This document shows, one piece after another, positions 27,897-36,960 of a stretch of 64,000 nucleotides of DNA. The notes beneath the pieces are model-generated. The model saw nothing but the letters and a program-made list of their open reading frames with translations. It had not been told where the DNA came from and did no database searches. Source of the DNA: Clostridiales bacterium (GTDB taxonomy: Bacteria; Bacillota; Clostridia; Oscillospirales; CAG-382); NCBI GenBank assembly GCA_003343885.1, contig QAKH01000079.1:60607-124606 (forward strand), in the 5' to 3' direction. The translations under genes and the position numbers were made by a program. Numbering within the stretch: position 1 is the first letter of the stretch; each line of letters begins with the position of its first letter.

Positions 27897-29248
27897 CGGC
27901 ATCGCGCAACGCACTCTCGGCCGAGTATCTCTACGAACTCTACTCGACGGCCATACGCCACGAGGCCGTATGCGCCGTACTCGTAGCGCACATGCGGCGC
28001 GAGTACCTTCCCGACCGTACATTCCAACATATTCACGAGTTTTTCGTGAACCATTACCGGACCTACAAATCGCCGCCCTCATATGCCATGCTTGCGCAGA
28101 CATTCGCCTCGGATTACGATGCACTGGAACTGGTGAACACTTTCCGTGAGTACGACGGAGAAAACAACCCCGAAGCGGTTGTCGACATGCTCGAAACGTA
28201 CATCAAGGGTGTGCGTCTGCAGGCCGTATACTCCGAGGTGGGGAAACTCTACAACCAGAGCCGGCAGGCCGAGGCCGAAGCGAAACTCAAGGAATACGCC
28301 GAGTGGCTCGCGGGATTCACACTCAAGGATTCGGCATTCGTGGACGTGGTGAAGACCTTCGCCATGCGTTTTCATCGCAACCGCCGCCGTGAGGAGGAGC
28401 TGCAGGCATCGGGCGTGAAGCCCGTCACACGCTTTTATATTCCCGATCTGGACGAACTGAATGCCGGACGCAGCCTCCGCGGACAGCTATCGTGCATCCT
28501 CGCGTCGACGGGCGTGGGAAAGAGCCACATGGCAAAACATATAGGCTTGCGGGCCGACATCGACGACGGACTGCACGTGCTGCATTTCCAGCTCGAAGGT
28601 TCCGAAGAAGAGGCACTCAATGCATACAGCGGGGGACTCATAGCCCGCAACGCCTTCTATTTCGAGCGGGGGCATATCGCCGAGGTGGAGATGCGCCGCT
28701 TCGAAAAGGAGATCGAGCGCTATGCCGGGAGTATAACCGTACGGTCGTTCCCACGCTTCGCGGCACGCATATCTACTATCGATATCCGAAACGGCATCGC
28801 CGAATACCGCAAAATCAACGCCCGAACGCCCGACATCGTCATCATCGACTCGATGGACCTCTTGAACGACGCCTCCCGCCGCCAGTGGGGAGCCGAGCAC
28901 GAACGCTCGAAGCGCATCGCCGTGGCGAACGACCTGAAGGACCTTGCTGCCGACGAGAATGTATGGATGGTCGTCACGTATCAGGCGACGATCGAAAACC
29001 GCGACTGGCTAAACGACGAGAACAACGTCCTCACGGAGTACAACTGCTCGGAGGCGAAGGGGCTCGCACGGCCATGCACCCACCTTATATCGCTAAATCA
29101 GTCCGCGGCCGAGCGCGAGGCCAACGTCATGCGTCTGCATGTGGCAAAGAGCCGGTTCTTTCGCAAGGGAGATACTTTTCGCATAGCCACGGACTATGAC
29201 AACGAAACCTTTTACGATTCGGCAAGGACGCTGGGACTCAGACGGTAA
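27893..29248 (+). CDS. dnaB: DnaB-like replicative helicase (RecA-fold)
   Basis: The ATG at 27893 forms an ATGA overlap; the upstream part of the listed ORF is Arg/Pro/Gly junk. Walker A ILASTGVGKSH and Walker B DIVIIDSMDLL are present, with replisome neighbours on both sides. Confidence 0.75.
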   Translation: MTASRNALSAEYLYELYSTAIRHEAVCAVLVAHMRREYLPDRTFQHIHEFFVNHYRTYKSPPSYAMLAQTFASDYDALELVNTFREYDGENNPEAVVDMLETYIKGVRLQAVYSEVGKLYNQSRQAEAEAKLKEYAEWLAGFTLKDSAFVDVVKTFAMRFHRNRRREEELQASGVKPVTRFYIPDLDELNAGRSLRGQLSCILASTGVGKSHMAKHIGLRADIDDGLHVLHFQLEGSEEEALNAYSGGLIARNAFYFERGHIAEVEMRRFEKEIERYAGSITVRSFPRFAARISTIDIRNGIAEYRKINARTPDIVIIDSMDLLNDASRRQWGAEHERSKRIAVANDLKDLAADENVWMVVTYQATIENRDWLNDENNVLTEYNCSEAKGLARPCTHLISLNQSAAEREANVMRLHVAKSRFFRKGDTFRIATDYDNETFYDSARTLGLRR

Positions 29249-30275
29249 ATTCGGATGATGTTTGTTCTTGCCTTTCTTTCTCCATCGTTTGGTATTCCTT
29301 CAATAACACTTTTACCCGATGGTATGCAGAATCGTCTTTCCCTTCCCCTTTTTCGAACAACACGATATCCTCTCGATATACATCGTCGAGGATATCGTAT
29401 TTCAGAAGTAATCGCACCATATCGAAACTCGATTTTTCCCATACCGCATTGAATACACCAAATGCCAACTCATAGCGGGATAATTGAGCACGATATAAAT
29501 GTGCATAGTATGCTTTGTCCGTATCGTTGAGAGAAGATTGGTCGATAGTATTAAGGACATAATACATATTCCGGAAATATTGTCCGAGAAAATGTCCATT
29601 CTCTTCATAAAGTTGCCCGTACACTTCGGCAACAGCTTGGACTCTGTCTTTCGCTGATAGTTTATCGCTATATGCAATGGTCAGGGCTATGGCGGACCAT
29701 TCTTGCTTGTTAGTGTCTACGCATTTGATATCTCGGTACATATTTATCTTAATTTCCGAAACAGTTTTTTTTGTTTCAGCGAACAATTTAGATTGGCAGT
29801 CTGTCAGTTTTGGAAAACGGGATGTGCCGTTGTTATTGGTTTTCAACCCGCGTATAATCAAATGTAATGCAAGATATTTATCCGCCTGTCGGGTATAGGC
29901 TCTGAATGCGTCATATCCGGATATTGTATTTCCGTTCTCCTGATATATGACCGCCTCGACTTTCTGCTGATGCAGGCCGAGCAGATTAAAAATCTGTTCC
30001 CGCTCGGCATTCTTACGCCCTTCATATACCGTCCGAATAGCGATAATAAAAGCCAGAGATCCGAACACTGCACCCCAAAGCGTACCGAACGCGATCCACG
30101 CATTATAATCGGAAGACAAACCATCATGGTAAATACAGAAATAACAGATAATTGGTGGTATGGAGAATATGCCACCTATAATCCACCAAAAACAAGGGGA
30201 AGCTGGTTGCATTGTGGCCGTTACCGCCTTTATCATTATAGCTTTTATTGCCTTGATTTTTTCCATTTTTTTCAT
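29238..30275 (-). CDS. Membrane protein resembling putative phage abortive-infection (AbiC-like) proteins
   Basis: The Met at 30275 (MKKMEKIK...) shares one nt with the upstream TAA (TAATG). Two N-terminal TM helices are present (FWWIIGGIFSIPPIICYFCIY; AWIAFGTLWGAVFGSLAFIIAI). The block GHFLGQYFRNMYYVLNTID...YYAHLYRAQLSRYELAFGVFNAV recalls that family from memory. The gene is AT-rich and on the opposite strand to the replication genes. Confidence 0.55.
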   Translation of the reverse strand: MKKMEKIKAIKAIMIKAVTATMQPASPCFWWIIGGIFSIPPIICYFCIYHDGLSSDYNAWIAFGTLWGAVFGSLAFIIAIRTVYEGRKNAEREQIFNLLGLHQQKVEAVIYQENGNTISGYDAFRAYTRQADKYLALHLIIRGLKTNNNGTSRFPKLTDCQSKLFAETKKTVSEIKINMYRDIKCVDTNKQEWSAIALTIAYSDKLSAKDRVQAVAEVYGQLYEENGHFLGQYFRNMYYVLNTIDQSSLNDTDKAYYAHLYRAQLSRYELAFGVFNAVWEKSSFDMVRLLLKYDILDDVYREDIVLFEKGEGKDDSAYHRVKVLLKEYQTMEKERQEQTSSEFTV

Positions 30276-31441
30276 TATGATTTGGTGCTCAGCATGGGTT
30301 TCAGTTTGCCGTCGATAAAATGATTCGGTTTCCAACCGGTCAGTAGCTTGTCTACAAAAAAAGTATCTGCGGCTGATACTACTGTACCAACAACAGGTAT
30401 TAAACTGGATAGTTCCGTAACAGTAAAGCGTGCTGCTTTGACACCTTTTTTGTCCGCCAGCGTCGGAGCCAAAACTTCGTTTATATATTGATTGACCAGA
30501 TCGGCATCCCGGTCGATTGTTCCTAGCCACTTCCTGAATTTATCGCCTTCTTCGAGTAATTTAAGTAGCTGTTCACCAGTTATCTGTCCTGCGACGAATG
30601 CTGTCCCGATACTGGGACAATCTGCCAAGACATGCTTGTTAAATTCTATGATCTCTCCTTCGCTTTTGCGTGTTCGCTGTATGACATCGGCGATTTGCAG
30701 ATTCATCAGCGATGAGTGCAGATCGCTGGTAGCAAACTCACTCATAAACTGTCCTGCGATGTAATTGTCGCCCCGGGCCTCGGCCAATGCCAATATGATT
30801 GAAGAGTAACTGAGACCGGCTTGTTCCCGTTTGGTGAATATGTTATTGATCGTATCGAAATCAATATTGGACCGAACGCTATATGTTGCGGAAAATGGAC
30901 CAACGGGATGTTGGTCCTTTACGATATCAATGCGTAAAGGTTCTACCTGGACATATTCTGGAACATAGGTGTGTAGTATTTCTGCCACAGCCTGGGTTAG
31001 GTAGACAGTATTTAGGAAGTCTGCATCAATCATTTGCCCAATAACAGGCTCATAAGCATGCGCCTGAGCAATTTCAGAGAAACTATCAGCAAATTTCATA
31101 TTGTACATACTGTTGTGAACTACCTGTTGATGGGCTGTATAAAGGATGTTGTGCACACTGACATTATTACCACGGAACAACTCTACTCCATAGTGGATGT
31201 CGGCGCCAAATGGTTGTGTTGCAACACCCAGAATATTCTGTCGGATATGAAGTTTCAAGCGTCTGCTTTCAATCAGTTCTCGCAATGTATCTTCACCGAA
31301 TGTCTTCAATAGTGTTACCATTTCGGCCGTATGCGCCAATACGTTAACCTCTCCGTAAAAAAGCATCGTGTCAATAAGGAACGACATATCGAGTCGTCCA
31401 TCGTTCAATTCTCTGGATTTAATGCAAATCTTCTCGAACAT
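30275..31441 (-). CDS. Unknown 388-aa protein, upstream partner of the Abi-like gene
   Basis: Clean ATG ORF, AT-rich and coupled to the downstream gene. No P-loop, nuclease or other motif was recognised. It has a hydrophobic C-terminal segment (LSSLIPVVGTVVSAADTFFV). Confidence 0.65.
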   Translation of the reverse strand: MFEKICIKSRELNDGRLDMSFLIDTMLFYGEVNVLAHTAEMVTLLKTFGEDTLRELIESRRLKLHIRQNILGVATQPFGADIHYGVELFRGNNVSVHNILYTAHQQVVHNSMYNMKFADSFSEIAQAHAYEPVIGQMIDADFLNTVYLTQAVAEILHTYVPEYVQVEPLRIDIVKDQHPVGPFSATYSVRSNIDFDTINNIFTKREQAGLSYSSIILALAEARGDNYIAGQFMSEFATSDLHSSLMNLQIADVIQRTRKSEGEIIEFNKHVLADCPSIGTAFVAGQITGEQLLKLLEEGDKFRKWLGTIDRDADLVNQYINEVLAPTLADKKGVKAARFTVTELSSLIPVVGTVVSAADTFFVDKLLTGWKPNHFIDGKLKPMLSTKS

Positions 31442-31527
31442 GTTTTGTTACATTTTTCACATATCGAATTTACTTATTTTTTCGTATTTGCCCAACTTTT
31501 CTATTCGATGTTGGACTATTCCTTTAT

Positions 31528-32559
31528 GTGCGAACAGACGATAACACATACCTTATCGAGGAACTAACTCGTGAACTTTCGGCCCGCCGCGACGGATCGC
31601 GTCGCAACCTCATAGCCCGGTGTCCTTACTGCGGCAAGGAGGGTAAGTACGGCGTTTATATCGGTCCCGAGACGGCCCGCAAGAAACCTTTCATGGCGCA
31701 CTGCTTCTCGTGCGGGGCTTCGACGCACTCGTTGGAGCGAACGCTCGAAGCCCTCGGGCGCATGGACCTGCTGCCGACGCGCACGACCGACCCCGAAGCC
31801 AAGCTGGACTGCAGCCTGCTCTTTCCGCTCGATGCGGGCGAGGAGATCGACGATGGACTGGGTATCGTGGAGCTGCCGGAGTTCTGGCGCCGCACCTTCC
31901 TGCATCCTTACCTCAAGGGACGCGGCTTCACGGCCGACGACTACGAGTTCTTTCCGGTGGGAACCACACGGGGCCTGAACTTCCGCTACGACGATTACGT
32001 GATTTTTCCGGTTATCGACTCCGGCGACACGGTAGGATACGTCGCCCGCCATCTTTGGCCCAAGGCCGAGATCGATGCCTACAACCGCCGGGCGAAATTC
32101 ACGGGCGACTACGCCATACGGCGCTTTCGCAACTCCACGCAAAACGACTTCGTGAAGCTGCTTTACAACTATGACGCGGTACATGAGGACAGCACCGAGA
32201 CGGTCGTTCTCTGTGAGGGCATATTCGACGTGGTGGCTCTCACACGCAAGCTCGACCTATACGAGTCGGAGCGCGTGGCCGCCGTAGCCACCTTCGGAAA
32301 GAAAATATCGCAGGCCCAGATTTACAAGCTTCAGACGAAAGGCGTGCGCAACGTCGTGGTGGGATACGACGGGGATGCTGTGGACGCCACGAAGAAGACG
32401 GCCGAGGAACTAAGCCGCTACTTCGAGGTGCTCGTGGCCGACATTCCCGATCCCAAAAAGGACTGGGAAGACCTCTCTCCGCAGGAGATCTACGACATCT
32501 TCGCCTACCGCCTCAAAACGCCCGTCGAGTACAAAATCAATAAAATCCAGCAACTATGA
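31528..32559 (+). CDS. dnaG: DnaG-type primase (zinc finger plus Toprim)
   Basis: GTG start. Zinc ribbon CPYCGKEGK...HCFSCG is followed by Toprim-like VVLCEGIFDVVAL and VVGYDGDAVDA. Its TGA overlaps the dnaE ATG. Confidence 0.75.
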   Translation: MRTDDNTYLIEELTRELSARRDGSRRNLIARCPYCGKEGKYGVYIGPETARKKPFMAHCFSCGASTHSLERTLEALGRMDLLPTRTTDPEAKLDCSLLFPLDAGEEIDDGLGIVELPEFWRRTFLHPYLKGRGFTADDYEFFPVGTTRGLNFRYDDYVIFPVIDSGDTVGYVARHLWPKAEIDAYNRRAKFTGDYAIRRFRNSTQNDFVKLLYNYDAVHEDSTETVVLCEGIFDVVALTRKLDLYESERVAAVATFGKKISQAQIYKLQTKGVRNVVVGYDGDAVDATKKTAEELSRYFEVLVADIPDPKKDWEDLSPQEIYDIFAYRLKTPVEYKINKIQQL

Positions 32560-34262
32560 ACGATCTAACCCGATGGCTCGACAGCCAAAATATAGACTAC
32601 TGTGTCATGGACAACGAGGTGGTCGATATACCGGAGTTCGGCCGCCTGTTCCGCGCCGACCTTACGGGCGTGAAGAGTATCTTCCGCCAGCGGGGAGATG
32701 AGCAGGTCTTCAACCTGATGGAAGACCCGCAGACTCTTATCGACGAGGGTATTTTTCACGTCGCCTTTCCATTCGGCGACAACTGGTACTACTATGACCT
32801 GCGCGGGGAGTTTTCCCTGAATATCCTGCGGCATATCGGTCGGCCCAAGCCTGACGGGTGCGATGTCGAGTTCGTCAATCTGGGCGTTCACACTCCCTAC
32901 GAACTGCTCAACGCTTCGGGCGATATCGGGGCATGGGTCCGAAAGGCCAAATGGATGGGCCATACGGCCCTCGGTCTCTGCGATCGCAATACGATGGCCG
33001 GAACACTGGCGTTCCAGAAAGAGTGCGCCAAGGCTGGAATTAAGCGCGTCTTCGGCTATTCGCTCACGCTGGATGGCGACGGAACGGAAGTCCCGTTGAA
33101 GGTCTACTGCCAGAGCCAGCAGGGATTGCAAAACCTGCTGCGCATCCAGAAAGCGGTGATGGTGGACCGCGAGGACGGGAGGATCGACATGGAGCGCCTC
33201 ATGGCCCACGGACGCGGCAATGTCCTCGTGCTTGGAACGCTCGCAGCGGAGTGGATGACGGAGAACCGCCCGGCCATCGGGCGACTGCGCGAAGCCTTCG
33301 AGGCCCTCTACTACCAGATCGATCCCACGGAGTTCAAGGCCGACCGTATCGACGTGCAGCGGCTGGAGAATATGCGGCGATACTTCCACGAGTTCTGCAA
33401 GAAAGGCGTGTTCGAGGTGGAACCGGTGCTGATTCCCGATTGCTACTACATCGACCAAGCCGACGCCCGCAGCAAAATCATACTCAACAAGATCGCCACG
33501 GGCGCCGCGCACGAGCAGAGCAACGAACAGTATTTCCGATCCGCCGGAGAGCTTCGGGACAAGCTGCGGCCGTTGTTCGACCCCGAGCGGTGGGATGTGG
33601 ACGAACTGTTCCGGCGGATGTGCCGCAATACGGTCGTGATCGCCCAAGGGGCCGAAGCGGCATACCGGACGGACGCCGTCTTCATGCCGCGCTACGACAT
33701 GACGCCGGACGAGAAAGCGAAGTACGGCGACACGCATACGATGTTCCTTTCGCTGCTCGAAGAGGGTTTTTCCAGATTGGTACCTGCGGAAAAAGAAGCC
33801 GAATATCGGGAGCGTCTCGATAAGGAGATTTATATCCTCGAATCGACGGACAACATAGACTACTTGCTGGTTCAGTACGACACCGTGAACTGGGCGCGCC
33901 GCAACGGCATCCTCGTAGGCTGCGGTCGAGGCTCGGCGGGCGGCTGTCTGGCCTTGTACCTGCTGGGCATCACGCTGATCGACCCTGTGAAGTACGGTCT
34001 GTTGTTCGAGCGTTTCCTACTGCCCGAACGCGCCGGATTGTATGCGGCCTGCACCACGCGTATCGTAGGACGCATCGACTCGAAGGACAGCTACCGCATC
34101 GGATTGGAGAACAGCCGCGAGATCCTGCTGGACCGCGATGCCCGGCTCGTGGTACGCCGCGGCGACGAACAGATCGAGGTCTATGCCGACGAACTTCGGG
34201 AAGGAGACGACATCTTGTTCGACAACCGCGATTTACTGTTTGAAATAGACCGACAATCATGA
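32556..34262 (+). CDS. dnaE: DNA polymerase III alpha (DnaE), N-terminal fragment: PHP domain and first half of palm
   Basis: The PHP motif VNLGVHTPYELLNASG is present. GCGRGSAGGCLALYLLGITLIDPVKYGLLFERFLLPER matches the conserved GRGS...LLFERFLNPER block. A 70-aa Cys-initiated extension follows before the stop. Confidence 0.85.
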   Translation: MNDLTRWLDSQNIDYCVMDNEVVDIPEFGRLFRADLTGVKSIFRQRGDEQVFNLMEDPQTLIDEGIFHVAFPFGDNWYYYDLRGEFSLNILRHIGRPKPDGCDVEFVNLGVHTPYELLNASGDIGAWVRKAKWMGHTALGLCDRNTMAGTLAFQKECAKAGIKRVFGYSLTLDGDGTEVPLKVYCQSQQGLQNLLRIQKAVMVDREDGRIDMERLMAHGRGNVLVLGTLAAEWMTENRPAIGRLREAFEALYYQIDPTEFKADRIDVQRLENMRRYFHEFCKKGVFEVEPVLIPDCYYIDQADARSKIILNKIATGAAHEQSNEQYFRSAGELRDKLRPLFDPERWDVDELFRRMCRNTVVIAQGAEAAYRTDAVFMPRYDMTPDEKAKYGDTHTMFLSLLEEGFSRLVPAEKEAEYRERLDKEIYILESTDNIDYLLVQYDTVNWARRNGILVGCGRGSAGGCLALYLLGITLIDPVKYGLLFERFLLPERAGLYAACTTRIVGRIDSKDSYRIGLENSREILLDRDARLVVRRGDEQIEVYADELREGDDILFDNRDLLFEIDRQS

Positions 34263-36430
34263 GAATAACGAAGATCACACACGAAAAAGCTCCGGTCGAA
34301 GCTCTCGATACGGAGGCAGACGAGGGCTACCTGCAAGGTCCCGGCCGCGTGCTGGCCGACGTCGATGTCGATTATCAGGCCGACCGTCGTCAGGAGGTCA
34401 AGGAGTATCTGGAGCGCCGCTACAATATCGAAGGGCGGCAGCGGGTCTTCTCGGCCGGGACTTTCTCGACCATGAAGCTCAAAGCCTGCCTGAAGGACGT
34501 CTGCCGCGTGCATAAGATTCCCGTGTCGCTGGCTAACTATATCTCGGCGATCATCGGCTCTTCCGATGCGACATGGACCGACCTGTTCCGCCTTGCGGCC
34601 CGCACGCCCAAAGTCCGCAAGTTCGTGAACGATTACCCGCAGGCCGTCGAAGATATGCGCCCGCTGCTGGGCCAGCCTCGTTCGGCCTCGGTGCACGCCT
34701 CGGCCATCCTGATCACGCCGGAGCACCGGGACGGAGAGCCGTCCGAATGTTTCGACTTCACGCCCGTAAAACGGGTGGACGGCATGCTCGTCAGCGAGCT
34801 GGACGGCTACTCGTTGGATGAAGTGGGTCTTCTGAAGAACGACTGCCTCGGCATTCTGGAACTTACGAAGATACAGTCCGTACTGAATGAAATCAACCGT
34901 ATCTACGATTCGGGCATCTCCTTCGAAAAGATCGTACTCAGCGGACTGGATGACGAAAAGACCTACGGACTGCTCTGCGAAGGCTACACGGCCAACATCT
35001 TCCAGCTATCCTCGGCAGGCATGACCCGTTATCTGCAGGATATGCAGCCGGCGTCGATCGGTGATCTGATCGCGGCCAATGCGCTCTACCGTCCGGCAAC
35101 GCTCGACTCCGGCGCGGCGGAGAACTACCTGCGCTGCCGTCTGGGCGAGGTCGCTCCGGTCTACCTGTGGGGAACGTACGATGCCCTGAAAGATACCTGC
35201 GGGCAGTTGATCTATCAGGAGCAGGTCAGCCGCCTCGTCCGCGACGTGGGCGGCTTTTCATTGGCCGAAGGTGTGCGGCTCGTCAAGCTGATCTCCAAGA
35301 AAAAGATCGACGTTATTCATGCTATGCGGGAGAAGTTCATGACGGGAGCAGCAGAGAAGGGATGCCCGAAGGACGACGCCCTGCGCATCTGGGATCTGAT
35401 CGAAAGCGCCGGAAGCTATCTCTTCAACCTATCCCACGCCTCGGCCTACGCGATTACGGCTTACGTCGGTGCATGGCTCAAGGCTAACTATCCCACGGCC
35501 TTCTATACCGTGGCCCTGCAATACGCCGATGACAAGGAGATCGTTACGCTGATGTCCGAAATGGAGCGGTGCTCTGCAGCCCGTATCGTGCCGCCCGACA
35601 TCAACCTCTCGCAGGTGCAGTTTTATACCGACTACCATAGCGACAGTATCTACTGGTCGTTCGGCCGTATCAAAATGGTCGGCGTCCGAACGGCGGAACA
35701 TATCGTTCGCGAGCGGGAGCGATTCGGAGAGTTTACGGGTGTCGGGGATTTCGTCCGCCGTATCTTCCGCCACCGGCTCAAGAAATACCGTACTTGGGAG
35801 GACGACCTTCCGCCAGCCGAGGCGGAACGTGTTCCCGTAAACGCCCGCCATGTCCGTAACCTGATTTTGGCCGGCTGCTTCGATACGGTGGAACGTATCG
35901 CATCTGTTACCGAGCGTTACGGCATCCTTCAGCGTGCCGCCGCGGAGCTGGGTTTCGCGCTCGACGAGCGGGACTATCCGCCGGAAGAGATCGCCAAGCA
36001 CCACTTCTGGGCCCGGCAGCAGATCGCCGTGTCGGGCATCGGATCCGTGGACTACCGCCGCATCTTCGACGAGTCGGCAGTTCGTGCCCGCATCAAGGGC
36101 CGCGCGTCGTACATGAGCCTTCACGACGCCCTCGTGATGGAGAACGAAGGGAAAAAAGTCGCCGTCTGTGCAACCGTAACCGATGTGGAGGAGCTATCCT
36201 ATAAGGACAGGATGACGGGCGACCGGGTCGCTTTTTGCAAGATTATATTGCAACAGAACACCGACACGATCGAGGCGGTCTGCTGGAACGACTTTTTCAG
36301 CGCCCGCCGTGCCGAGATCATGAGGCTCAAGGACCGTATTGTGGTACTCACGGGTATCATCCGTTACAGCGACTTCTCGGGCGCCAACACCCTGCATACG
36401 ACCAAAACATCCATATTATCGCAAGAGTGA
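34259..36430 (+). CDS. dnaE: DNA polymerase III alpha (DnaE), C-terminal fragment: catalytic Asp motif, fingers, HhH, OB fold
   Basis: ATGA overlap with the N-fragment. After about 33 extra residues comes ADVDVDY (equivalent to PDFDVDF). GLLKNDCLGILELT, YLFNLSHASAYAITAYVGAWLKANYP and a C-terminal OB-like segment follow. Confidence 0.85.
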   Translation: MRITKITHEKAPVEALDTEADEGYLQGPGRVLADVDVDYQADRRQEVKEYLERRYNIEGRQRVFSAGTFSTMKLKACLKDVCRVHKIPVSLANYISAIIGSSDATWTDLFRLAARTPKVRKFVNDYPQAVEDMRPLLGQPRSASVHASAILITPEHRDGEPSECFDFTPVKRVDGMLVSELDGYSLDEVGLLKNDCLGILELTKIQSVLNEINRIYDSGISFEKIVLSGLDDEKTYGLLCEGYTANIFQLSSAGMTRYLQDMQPASIGDLIAANALYRPATLDSGAAENYLRCRLGEVAPVYLWGTYDALKDTCGQLIYQEQVSRLVRDVGGFSLAEGVRLVKLISKKKIDVIHAMREKFMTGAAEKGCPKDDALRIWDLIESAGSYLFNLSHASAYAITAYVGAWLKANYPTAFYTVALQYADDKEIVTLMSEMERCSAARIVPPDINLSQVQFYTDYHSDSIYWSFGRIKMVGVRTAEHIVRERERFGEFTGVGDFVRRIFRHRLKKYRTWEDDLPPAEAERVPVNARHVRNLILAGCFDTVERIASVTERYGILQRAAAELGFALDERDYPPEEIAKHHFWARQQIAVSGIGSVDYRRIFDESAVRARIKGRASYMSLHDALVMENEGKKVAVCATVTDVEELSYKDRMTGDRVAFCKIILQQNTDTIEAVCWNDFFSARRAEIMRLKDRIVVLTGIIRYSDFSGANTLHTTKTSILSQE

Positions 36431-36960
36431 GACCCATTATCATTGCCATCGTGGGTGCTTCGGGTTCCGGCAAGACCACGCTATCGAAGTACCTGCAACG
36501 TAAATACGGCATTCCCGCCATCGTATCGACCACCACACGCCCGCGCCGCGAGGGTGAGGTCGAAGGCGAGGATTATTTCTTCGTGCGCAGCACCCGGGGC
36601 ATCGGCCGGGAAGCGATGCTGACCTATACCCGGTTCGGGAAGCACGAATACTTTTCTCTGCGCAGACAGCTCCCTGAGTCCGGGTACTGCACTTACGTCG
36701 TGGACGAGAACGGCATCCGCGCCCTCAAACAGACGGCCGGAACGGAGTACGACGTCTTTACGGTCTACATTTCCTGCCGTACGGAAAATCTACCATTCCG
36801 AGGCGTCGATGCCGAGCGTATCGAGCGCGACAGCCACCGCCGTCAGGTCGATTACTCCCTGATCGACGTGGTGCTGGGGAATAACGGCACCGAGGCGGAA
36901 TTCCGCGAAGGGGCCGACAAACTGATGCAAATTATCGGACAATGGCAGCACCTGCGGTAG
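36427..36960 (+). CDS. Guanylate-kinase-like P-loop nucleotide kinase
   Basis: A GTG at 36427 overlaps the dnaE TGA (GTGA). IVGASGSGKTT P-loop, and TTRPRREGEVEGEDYFFV matches the GMP-kinase signature region. Confidence 0.7.
   Translation: MRPIIIAIVGASGSGKTTLSKYLQRKYGIPAIVSTTTRPRREGEVEGEDYFFVRSTRGIGREAMLTYTRFGKHEYFSLRRQLPESGYCTYVVDENGIRALKQTAGTEYDVFTVYISCRTENLPFRGVDAERIERDSHRRQVDYSLIDVVLGNNGTEAEFREGADKLMQIIGQWQHLR

Noticed and set aside
34041-34357. Canonical active split intein in DnaE
   Set aside because: The C-piece does not end in His-Asn, the first extein residue is Asp/Val rather than Cys/Ser/Thr, and no TxxH block is visible. Only a degenerate Hint-like resemblance remains, and it is reported as a hypothesis.
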